The notes beneath the pieces are model-generated. The model searched no databases. It was not told where the DNA came from and saw only the letters and a program-made list of their open reading frames with translations. Of a stretch of DNA of 64,000 bases, positions 20,255-28,256 are shown piece by piece. The stretch comes from an uncultured bacterium (GTDB lineage Bacteria > Verrucomicrobiota > Verrucomicrobiia > Verrucomicrobiales > DEV007), in contig CAXBMO010000001.1 in the NCBI GenBank assembly GCA_963977015.1, positions 32,001 to 96,000 on the forward strand, in the 5' to 3' direction. Position numbers and translations under genes: made by a program. How positions within the stretch are numbered: the first letter of the stretch is position 1; each line of letters opens with the position of its first letter.

Positions 20255-21919
20255 ATGGAGGAGCCCATTTCCACCGAGAAACGTCAGCAACTGCTGATCA
20301 ATGTGGCTCGTGATCTGAGCCGGACGGAGAATGTCGAGCAATTGCTCGATCAAATCTTGGAATGCTCTCGCGAGGTCATGGATTGCGAGGTTTGCTCCAT
20401 TTTGCTCCCGGAATTTGGAACGGGCGATCTTCTCATTCGGTCGACCAAGGATGAGCCGGGCCAGGAAGCGATTCGCGTACCGAAAGGGAAGGGGATTGCC
20501 GGCTATGTTTACGAGAACAAGATTCCCGTGAACCTGGAGGACGCCAAGACCGACCCGCGCCACTTCGCCGAAGTCGGCTCCGAAATCGGGCTCATTACCC
20601 GGAATATGCTCACCATCCCGCTTCTCGATGGGGAGCGCTGCCTCGGCGCGATGCAGGCGATCAACTCGAAGCATCGCGAGAAGTTTGCGGAACCGGACGA
20701 AGAGATTTTCGAGACGTTCGGTGCCTTGATCGCCGTGACCTTGATTCGCCTTGAGTCGCAGCAAAAGTCGATCCGCGAAGCCGAAGTTCGCCAGCAACTC
20801 GAGTTGGCCCACGAGATCCAGGCCTCGTTTCTCCCGCCGATGGAAGCCAAAATCGGCCATATCAAACTGAGCGCGCTCTACGAACCCGCCGCCGAAACCG
20901 GTGGCGACTTTTTCTTCTGGCACGAGTTGGATGATAAAAAGGTCCTGCTCGGGATTGGCGATGTCTGCGGAAAGGGCTTCCCCGCCGCGCTCGATATGGC
21001 GCGAGGAACCACCCTGATCGCCAGCCTTTCGCACCGGGCATCGCGTTTTCCGCTGCATGAATGGGTAACGGAGGTGAATGGCCGCCTTTGCGATGTGATG
21101 AGCAGCGGGCGCTTCATCGCCTGTGCCTTCCTCCTCATCGACCTCAAGAAACGCATCGTCAGTGTCTGCCTTTGTGGCGCCCTTCCGCCCAAGGTACTGC
21201 TCGGTGATCACTGGGAAGACGTTCCGGTGACGCCCAATCCGCCGCTCGGGATTTCCTGCTCGTTCGGCTACAAGGCCGAAACCTTTTCCCTCGCCGCGAG
21301 CCGATCCTGGATGGTGCTTTCCGACGGAATTCTCGAAACCCAGAATGAGAAGGGCGAGTATTTTGAGGAAGGCCCGTTTGACGAGGTCATGGCGGCCATC
21401 GCCGCGAATGGAGACCCGGATATTCTCGGAACGCTGACCCGCGTCTGGAAGGAGTTTTCCAAAAACGCGACCTATCAGGACGACACCACGGTCTTGCTGT
21501 TCGAGGACGAGTTTCCGCGTCCCGCGCCCATTTTTGACTTCACCTGTTCGCCGGAATCCATCGTCAAAGGGCGTGAATTCGTGGAGGAATGGGCCAAGTT
21601 CTGCGGGATGGATGAAGAAACTGTGGGGATGGTGGTTTTGGGCTGCGATGAATTGCTGACGAATGTCTCCAAGCACGCCTACTGCGGCAACGGACCGGTC
21701 CGGATTCACGCTTCGGCGGATTTGGATGGCTTGGAATTCCGCATCGAGCACGCTGGAGCCGGGATTGCGAACGAGGACGTTCCCGAGGTCAAAGTGAAGA
21801 CCGAGCCCACCGTCGGCAAAATGGGCATGGGCGTGATCCACACCATCTTTGATGAAGTGGATTACCAAAAAGGCGAGGGTGCTTCCTCCGTGACGGTAAC
21901 CAAGCGGGTTGAGCGCTAG
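20255..21919 (+). CDS. GAF + SpoIIE/PP2C phosphatase + RsbW-like HATPase fusion
   Basis: GAF (GKGIAG, TRNML.IPL, QAIN), PP2C (GGDFF, GDVCGKG, SDGI.E, DDTT), HATPase N-box (DELLTNVSKHAY). Confidence 0.9.
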   Translation: MEEPISTEKRQQLLINVARDLSRTENVEQLLDQILECSREVMDCEVCSILLPEFGTGDLLIRSTKDEPGQEAIRVPKGKGIAGYVYENKIPVNLEDAKTDPRHFAEVGSEIGLITRNMLTIPLLDGERCLGAMQAINSKHREKFAEPDEEIFETFGALIAVTLIRLESQQKSIREAEVRQQLELAHEIQASFLPPMEAKIGHIKLSALYEPAAETGGDFFFWHELDDKKVLLGIGDVCGKGFPAALDMARGTTLIASLSHRASRFPLHEWVTEVNGRLCDVMSSGRFIACAFLLIDLKKRIVSVCLCGALPPKVLLGDHWEDVPVTPNPPLGISCSFGYKAETFSLAASRSWMVLSDGILETQNEKGEYFEEGPFDEVMAAIAANGDPDILGTLTRVWKEFSKNATYQDDTTVLLFEDEFPRPAPIFDFTCSPESIVKGREFVEEWAKFCGMDEETVGMVVLGCDELLTNVSKHAYCGNGPVRIHASADLDGLEFRIEHAGAGIANEDVPEVKVKTEPTVGKMGMGVIHTIFDEVDYQKGEGASSVTVTKRVER

Positions 21920-21924
21920 ACCGT

Positions 21925-23319
21925 CTAAAATGGCCGGATGTTGGTGATCCATTCGCGAAAACCGTCCCACAAGGTGGGGCCTTCCTGCTTCAGGACCAAC
22001 GCGTTGTGTTCCGATTCAATCCCAAGTCGATGCCCTTCATAGCGATTGCGAAGGACCTTCAGCACCTTGGTTGGCGTCGTGTTGCGGCGTTCGATGTTCT
22101 CGATGTCCTCGGAAAACGGGATCAACAGATTGGAATCGAGTTCGACGGCATCTGCGGCCAGATCAAACAGATCGAAAACGTCCATCGAGTTGACCACCGG
22201 GATGTTCACCTCAAACAAATTCCGGGTTGATCGAGGGTTCGGCATGAAAGGCAGTGCTTCGATGTCGAACCAGACCCGGGCGCGTTGGGGATAACAGACG
22301 ATTTCGATCGGGGCGTCGGCCATCGGGAGTCGAGCGGCTTGAATCCGCGGTTTTCGCTCAAACCAGGCGCGCGGAAACCGGAGTGATTCGTCAATTCCCT
22401 GGTAGCGAAAATGGCACTGCTCTGCCCAGACGGCAGGACTAACCCGGCCCAGGACAAAGCGCAGGTCATTATCCGGAACAAGATCCCAGGTTTCTCCCCG
22501 TCGCCCGACCTCGCGCACATCGTTTGGTCCCGACGCAATGAACTGAAAGCGGACTCCGGATTCGAGCACAATCTGGTCGCCCGCTTTGGTCGGAATGGCG
22601 GCAACATCAGGCGTTCCGCATGGCAACTCAAGCATGATTTGGATGGGCGTATCGTGCCAGATCTTGAGCTGAATGTCGGCAAAGCGGACAGGGCCGGAAC
22701 GCTTCACGGAGCCTGAAATGACGGGCCAATGGGTTCGGCGGTCGAACGCCTCCACTTCGCCATCCCAGGTTCGAAGTCCACTCCCGGCAAAAACGAGCCG
22801 CAGAACCGGTTGCTGAACCGGATCATTGAGGAATTGGGGGGCGATCGGCGGCAACTCGGGAAACCCGGGAACGGTCTTGCCCGTTTTCGGATCAAAATAT
22901 CGCAGCACTTCCTCATCTCCCGGAATCCAAAGTCCAGTCGCCGCCAACTCGATCTCCAACTCACCTGGCAGCGTTGCGATCGCTCCCTTTGCCTCAATCA
23001 TCAGCGCCCCCACTTCGCCCCCGTGCGAACGCGGCGGCTCAATCAAACGCCGCTGAATCCAGATATCGCGCTCCCCAACTTCGACATCGGGAATGCTGTA
23101 GGGCGGCGAATGCTCCGGGGCTTTTGGAGGGGGAGGATTGCGGGCGTTTCCCCATCGATCGAACTGTGGATCTTCAAACTTTCGGACTGCGGTCGCCGAA
23201 ATAGACCAGGGCGACTCGATTGCTCGAAGTGCGACGCTCACGAAGCCCAACACGAGCAGGCCTGCCGCCACCCAACGGATGTGGAGCCGTTCGGACAAAT
23301 TGAGGGCGCGCTCGATCAC
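21925..23319 (-). CDS. Hypothetical membrane-anchored/exported protein
   Basis: 464-aa ORF filling the gap between genes; N-terminal hydrophobic helix; no family recognised. Confidence 0.65.
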   Translation of the reverse strand: MIERALNLSERLHIRWVAAGLLVLGFVSVALRAIESPWSISATAVRKFEDPQFDRWGNARNPPPPKAPEHSPPYSIPDVEVGERDIWIQRRLIEPPRSHGGEVGALMIEAKGAIATLPGELEIELAATGLWIPGDEEVLRYFDPKTGKTVPGFPELPPIAPQFLNDPVQQPVLRLVFAGSGLRTWDGEVEAFDRRTHWPVISGSVKRSGPVRFADIQLKIWHDTPIQIMLELPCGTPDVAAIPTKAGDQIVLESGVRFQFIASGPNDVREVGRRGETWDLVPDNDLRFVLGRVSPAVWAEQCHFRYQGIDESLRFPRAWFERKPRIQAARLPMADAPIEIVCYPQRARVWFDIEALPFMPNPRSTRNLFEVNIPVVNSMDVFDLFDLAADAVELDSNLLIPFSEDIENIERRNTTPTKVLKVLRNRYEGHRLGIESEHNALVLKQEGPTLWDGFREWITNIRPF

Positions 23320-23361
23320 GCCGACGTTTTACCCCAAAATGGGCCGATCGTATAGTCGGCT

Positions 23362-24066
23362 CTACCCGAAGCGCTTTCGCAGCTTGCCCAGCTTCGCCAA
23401 CACCCGCCCGCGCAAGGTCCCCAAATGCTGCAGATCGCGCGGTGGCTCGCCAAAGCGCTCGCGATAGATCCCCCGCCACCGCTCCACTTGTGCGATAAAG
23501 CGCCAATCCGTCTCAATAAACGAGCGCAGCACATACATCGGAACCGGCGAACGCAGCGCAAACAACTTGGGATCAAACGTCGACGCAAACGGGCAGGTCG
23601 GGAAAAACTCCCCCACCAAAATTCCGGACTCCAGCATATCCCCCTTCAGATCCCGGCTCGCATCCGTCGCATCCAGCAGCAATTGGCCCGTCGTCTCCGG
23701 AAAAATCGCCACCACCGTCTTCGTCATTGCCGCCGGCATCTCCATCGGCTCCAACTCATTGAAAATCCGGGCAAACCGTCGCAACTCCCCATCAATTGCC
23801 CCGATATTGTTCGGTGCCGCCAACTGCGCCAACGCAAAATGCATCGTCTCCCGCTGAATCGCCGGCTCCACGAACGGGCAAATCGCCTCCGTCCGTCCAA
23901 ACTTCACCACCTTTCGCGTTGGGAAATCCGCCACCCAATCGCGAATCTTCACCAGCGCCTCGCGCTCCACTGTGGAGAGCAAATCCAACTTCATCGGATC
24001 ATCACAATCATTGGGCAGAAACAACAGCGGCTCCGCCATCGCGGCAGACTCAGAAATACCAATCAT
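23362..24066 (-). CDS. DUF6875-like protein
   Basis: W...F, GR..AICPFV.PA, G.LVGEF.P, LRSPVPM.V.R, D..F motifs recalled for DUF6875. Confidence 0.65.
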   Translation of the reverse strand: MIGISESAAMAEPLLFLPNDCDDPMKLDLLSTVEREALVKIRDWVADFPTRKVVKFGRTEAICPFVEPAIQRETMHFALAQLAAPNNIGAIDGELRRFARIFNELEPMEMPAAMTKTVVAIFPETTGQLLLDATDASRDLKGDMLESGILVGEFFPTCPFASTFDPKLFALRSPVPMYVLRSFIETDWRFIAQVERWRGIYRERFGEPPRDLQHLGTLRGRVLAKLGKLRKRFG

Positions 24067-24284
24067 GGCCTCCAGTTTAGCAAACGGAGAAGGTGTTTAA
24101 AAGATCTTAATTATCAATTTATCTGAAACGAGGGACCACGCTCCGTCGACGAAGCATCGCCCTCCAGATGCGTGCGGCAAAGTTCAAAGCGAGGGAGATC
24201 GCCACGCTGTTGACCGATTTGGTAGCCGGAGTTTGGTGCGCTGAAGACCCGCGTTATCAGGGCTGATTGCGGCGGTGCGCGCGA

Positions 24285-24620
24285 CTACCCGACTTTCTTC
24301 ACGAACTGGGCTTTGAGGCCGATGGCGATGCCGTCCATTTTGCAGGAGATTTCGTGATCGCCATCGACGAGGCGGATGGGCTTGGATTTGGTGCCGACTT
24401 TCAGGACTTGGGAGCTGCCTTTGAGCTTGAGGTCTTTGATCATGGCGACGATGTCGCCTTGGGCGAGGACGTTGCCGTCGGCATCTTTGACGATGCGTTC
24501 TTCTTCCTGTATCTCCTCGGTTTCGCGCGACCATTCGTGGCCACAGGTGACGCATTCGTAGTGGTCGGCGAGTTCAAGGATTTCGTCCATGGTGCACATG
24601 GGGCAGGCGGTCTTGCTCAT
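24285..24620 (-). CDS. yjdM: PhnA/YjdM zinc-ribbon protein
   Basis: CPMC...CVTCGHEW, VKDADGNVL..GD.V..IKDLK.KG, LKAQFVKK. Confidence 0.9.
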   Translation of the reverse strand: MSKTACPMCTMDEILELADHYECVTCGHEWSRETEEIQEEERIVKDADGNVLAQGDIVAMIKDLKLKGSSQVLKVGTKSKPIRLVDGDHEISCKMDGIAIGLKAQFVKKVG

Positions 24621-24722
24621 AGGCTGGGAACCATGGCGAAGCGATGGTCCGGGGCAAGAAGGGAGTTTCCTGAGCCGCAATTTTCCGGTTCCGTTTCCGG
24701 GGTTTGCGGGCTAGCGGTAGCG

Positions 24723-25991
24723 ATGCCCAATACGTTTTATGGTGCGTTTGATGTTGAGACGCTGAAGGATCGGCCGCCGGGAAAGGGGGAGTTTCGGACG
24801 CAGTTTCAGATCGATCGCGACCGGATCATCCACACGTCGGCGTTTCGCTCGCTGCAGAGCAAGACTCAGGTTTTTCTGTCGGGGGAGTATGATTTTTACC
24901 GGACGCGGCTGACCCATTCGATTGAGGTAGCGCAAATTGGCCGATCCATTTGTGCGCGGCTGAATCATGAAAGCGAGGCGTTGCGGGAGGACTACCAGAT
25001 TGATCCGGCGTTGGTGGAGGCGGTATGTCTTTCCCACGATATTGGGCATCCGCCGTTTGGGCATTGCGGGGAGCGGACGCTGAATCGGCTGATGCGGCCT
25101 TACGGAGGGTTTGAGGGCAATGCGCAGACGTTGCGCCTGCTGACGCGGACGATTTTTGATGACCGGGGGATGGTGCCGAGCCGGGGGTTTTTGGATGGGG
25201 TGCTGAAGTACAAGACGTTGTTCAGCGAGTTGGAAAATCCGGTGAACCATTTTGTGTATGATGAGCAGGCGGAGTATCTGGATTTCGCGATGGGGGGGCG
25301 CGATTTTCCGCCGGAGCTGACGCCGGGCAAGCCGCGTGATGCGTTTCGGTCAATCGAATGCCAAATTATGGATTGGGCGGATGATACGGCGTATTCGCTG
25401 CACGATGTGGCGGATGGGATTGCGGCGAAGTTCATTTCGATCGAGCGACTGGAGCGCTGGGCGGAGGCGCAGGAGGATCAGGCGAAGGTGGCGCCGGTGG
25501 TGGAGGGAATTTTGAAGAATATCCGCGATGAGAAGATTGAGGGGCGCACGGGGCAGCGCATCGGGATGCACATTGCGGCGTGTTCGTTGGCTGATGACGT
25601 GAATTTCATGAGCCCGAGTTCGAACCGGTATCGCTACCGGCTGGAGATCGATCCGCAGATTCTGAGCGAGTGCAAGATCTACAAGCGAATCGCGTTTGAC
25701 CTAGTGTTTCGCTCGCAGCAGCTTCAGCAGTTGGACCGCAAGGCAGAGCACATTTTGTCGCGCTTGTTTGCGGCGTTTGCGGAGTACTACATTGAACCGG
25801 AATCGCGGCGTGCGGATCACATGCATCTGCTGAGCCCGAAGGAGGAGGCTGCGATTTGGAAGGTGGAGTCGAGGCGTGAGCGGGCGCGGTTGGTTTGCGA
25901 TGTGATTGCGAAGATGACGGATGGATTGGCGACGCGAACGTATAAGCGGCTTTTTGATGCAGATTTTGGCTCGATTGTTGATTTGGTTTAG
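24723..25991 (+). CDS. dgt: Deoxyguanosinetriphosphate triphosphohydrolase (HD superfamily)
   Basis: FQIDRDRIIH..AFR.LQ.KTQVF, RTRLTHS.EV, HDIGHPPFGH, FEGNAQ, ADD.AY..HD, MTD. Confidence 0.93.
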   Translation: MPNTFYGAFDVETLKDRPPGKGEFRTQFQIDRDRIIHTSAFRSLQSKTQVFLSGEYDFYRTRLTHSIEVAQIGRSICARLNHESEALREDYQIDPALVEAVCLSHDIGHPPFGHCGERTLNRLMRPYGGFEGNAQTLRLLTRTIFDDRGMVPSRGFLDGVLKYKTLFSELENPVNHFVYDEQAEYLDFAMGGRDFPPELTPGKPRDAFRSIECQIMDWADDTAYSLHDVADGIAAKFISIERLERWAEAQEDQAKVAPVVEGILKNIRDEKIEGRTGQRIGMHIAACSLADDVNFMSPSSNRYRYRLEIDPQILSECKIYKRIAFDLVFRSQQLQQLDRKAEHILSRLFAAFAEYYIEPESRRADHMHLLSPKEEAAIWKVESRRERARLVCDVIAKMTDGLATRTYKRLFDADFGSIVDLV

Positions 25992-26011
25992 GTTTTAGTT
26001 AGGAGTTCACA

Positions 26012-26431
26012 ATGACTGCGTCCGAACAGCAACAGCTCGTCGAAGACTATGTCTTGATCGAGAATCCGCAGGAGCGTTTCGGCTTGTTGGTGGCGCGTTC
26101 GTCTCCATTGGCGCCGTTGGAGGAGGCGGAGAAGATTGACGAGAATTTGGTTCCCGGCTGCATTTCCCAGGTTTGGTTGGCGGGGAGTCTGGAGGACGGG
26201 CGTTGCCGGTTCCGCGTCCAGGGCGACTCGACGGTTGTCCACGCCGTTGCCGCGTTGCTCTGCGAGTGGTTTGACGGGTTGACGCCGGAAGAGGTGTTGA
26301 ATTCGCCGAAGAACCTTCTCGACCAGCTCAAGATTTCCAGCCAGCTGTCGCCCACCCGCCGTCGTGGAATGGGGCAAGTGGTGACAAAAATTTGCTCGTT
26401 GGCAGAAAGCTGGCATTCTACTCCATCATGA
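26012..26431 (+). CDS. sufE: SufE family Fe-S sulfur acceptor
   Basis: VPGCISQVWL, GDS, LSPTRRRG; SD AGGAG upstream. Confidence 0.9.
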   Translation: MTASEQQQLVEDYVLIENPQERFGLLVARSSPLAPLEEAEKIDENLVPGCISQVWLAGSLEDGRCRFRVQGDSTVVHAVAALLCEWFDGLTPEEVLNSPKNLLDQLKISSQLSPTRRRGMGQVVTKICSLAESWHSTPS

Positions 26432-27003
26432 CCAAAATCCTCGCCTTTGCAGGCAGTGCCCGGAAAGATTCCTTCAACAAAAAGCTCGCTGTGATTGGGG
26501 CGGACAAGGCCCGTAGTTTTGGGGCTGAGGTGACATTGATCGATCTCGCGGATTACCCGATGCCAATTTACAATGGTGATTTGGAAGAAACGGACGGGAT
26601 GCCGGAAAATGCGCTGGAGCTTCATGGAATGATGATGCAGCACGACGCGCTGATGCTGGCGTGTCCGGAGTACAATGGCTCGATCACTCCGTTGCTGAAA
26701 AACACGATCGACTGGATTTCGCGACCGACGGAAGACGCGGGGCCGGTTGCGGCGTTCAAAGGAAAGATTGCGGGGTTGATGAGCGCTTCTCCAGGGGCGT
26801 TGGGCGGAATGCGCGGACTCGTCCATGTGAGGGCAATTTTGAGTGGAATTGGCGTTCTCGTGGTTCCCGGAGACGTGTCGGTGGGAAATGCCTATGACGT
26901 TTTTGACGAGGATGGGAGTTTGAAAGACGACAAGCTTGAGGCGCGGCTCTCGAATTCCGTGAAGAGTCTGGTTGAAACGGCTTCACGCCTGGGGAGCGAC
27001 TAA
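26428..27003 (+). CDS. NAD(P)H-dependent FMN reductase
   Basis: GSARKDSFN, PEYNGS, LKNTIDWISR, SASPGALGG; ATGA overlap with sufE. Confidence 0.93.
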   Translation: MTKILAFAGSARKDSFNKKLAVIGADKARSFGAEVTLIDLADYPMPIYNGDLEETDGMPENALELHGMMMQHDALMLACPEYNGSITPLLKNTIDWISRPTEDAGPVAAFKGKIAGLMSASPGALGGMRGLVHVRAILSGIGVLVVPGDVSVGNAYDVFDEDGSLKDDKLEARLSNSVKSLVETASRLGSD

Positions 27004-27107
27004 AAATGATGACGGACGTCATTTTCAAACCCACCCTAAATGGCGACGCCGGTTGAGGGTGGTAGTGGACTTTACGGTCGGAATGGGCGAGAATAACGCG
27101 TAAACTC

Positions 27108-27560
27108 ATGCGTCCAACCTCCCCCATGATCAGGATCGCCCCATTCTTAGCAATTGCACTCACCCAGCTGTTCGCGATGAGCGTTGTCTCGGCCGACGTT
27201 TCCGCGTTGGGATACTGGGAATTCGATACCGATCGCCGCGAAGTCTACATCGATTCCGTCAAGGCTTCGCAGATCGACACGACCAGTATGTCGGAAATCG
27301 CAGCCCAGATGGGGATGGCGAAAATCCAGAATTCCATCTACGAATTTGGTTTCGACAAGGAAGGCCCCTATCTGGAGATCAAAGATAAGGCCAGCAATCG
27401 TTGGGAAATGATTCGCCTCAAGGTGGAGGTAGTCGATGGGAAGCTGGCGATGAAGAAACTGGAGAGTGGAGATCGCTTGCGAATGGAGCCCATTGACAAC
27501 GATCACATGACCTTGATTGACGAAGGCAAAAAGCTGAAAATCCCACTCCGCCGGATTTAG
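27108..27560 (+). CDS. Hypothetical secreted protein (small beta-rich, lipocalin-like pattern)
   Basis: Signal peptide, LGYW near the mature N-terminus, C-terminal 'IPLRRI' strand. Confidence 0.6.
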   Translation: MRPTSPMIRIAPFLAIALTQLFAMSVVSADVSALGYWEFDTDRREVYIDSVKASQIDTTSMSEIAAQMGMAKIQNSIYEFGFDKEGPYLEIKDKASNRWEMIRLKVEVVDGKLAMKKLESGDRLRMEPIDNDHMTLIDEGKKLKIPLRRI

Positions 27561-27575
27561 AGCTAAAGTTGTTCT

Positions 27576-28253
27576 CTAGGATTTGACGGATCGGACCATG
27601 CCGAGCAGGCCTCTCAACATGAGGAGAAGGAAGACGAGGGCGACCAAAAGTCCCACGATATAGAGACACCATTTGAGGATCGTCATCCCGCGCAACCACT
27701 CTCGCAAGGGCAGGTGTTTCCAGCGAAGCTTCTTTGCGTCCTCAGCCACGAAAACGAGTTTCGTTTCCGGGTTGTTGAACATCGACTGGTAGATTGCTGC
27801 GTCGCTCCCTGCGGCAGAGATTTCGCGAATCACGGTTTCACCCACTCCCTCCGTACCGAGGTTGAAACTGCTGATGACGCCGCGTCCCGAACCACCTGGG
27901 CTGTAGCGTACGATATCAGCGCCTCCGTTTCGTTTTTTGATGGCTGAGGCCTTCTGATGAAATTCGATTGGAGCTCCAGTGGTCAGCTCGTCGATCCGCT
28001 CATAACCTCCACCGGGAAGGGAGCGGTAGAGAACCCAGATGTTACCCTGGCGGCCATTGACGGTGTTGTTGTAGGTAAGCAGAATCTCGGGAACGCCATC
28101 GGCATTGAGATCGGGTTCCGTTTTGATGACGTCCTTGGGATCTTGAACATCGAAGTTCAGCAGGAAATCCCGCATCGGATTCGAAATCGGATTTGCCGAG
28201 GCGACTGCGATCTGACCTAGAAACAATGCGGCGATGATGATGGGAATTTGCAT
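27576..28253 (-). CDS. Hypothetical exported protein with C-terminal TM anchor
   Basis: Signal peptide, DLNADGVPEIL Ca-binding-like motif, C-terminal hydrophobic helix; starts 3 nt after the upstream stop. Confidence 0.7.
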   Translation of the reverse strand: MQIPIIIAALFLGQIAVASANPISNPMRDFLLNFDVQDPKDVIKTEPDLNADGVPEILLTYNNTVNGRQGNIWVLYRSLPGGGYERIDELTTGAPIEFHQKASAIKKRNGGADIVRYSPGGSGRGVISSFNLGTEGVGETVIREISAAGSDAAIYQSMFNNPETKLVFVAEDAKKLRWKHLPLREWLRGMTILKWCLYIVGLLVALVFLLLMLRGLLGMVRSVKS

Positions 28254-28256
28254 CAG

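Noticed and set aside
20207-21970. 587-aa antisense ORF, and similar long shadow ORFs (2573-3646, 34471-35730, 39820-41022, 51703-53037)
   Set aside because: They lie opposite well-supported genes, lack motifs, and are expected from codon bias in GC-rich DNA.
24723-25991. dGTPase as an anti-phage defence gene
   Set aside because: It looks like a housekeeping Dgt in a sufE/FMN-reductase context with no defence-island neighbours.
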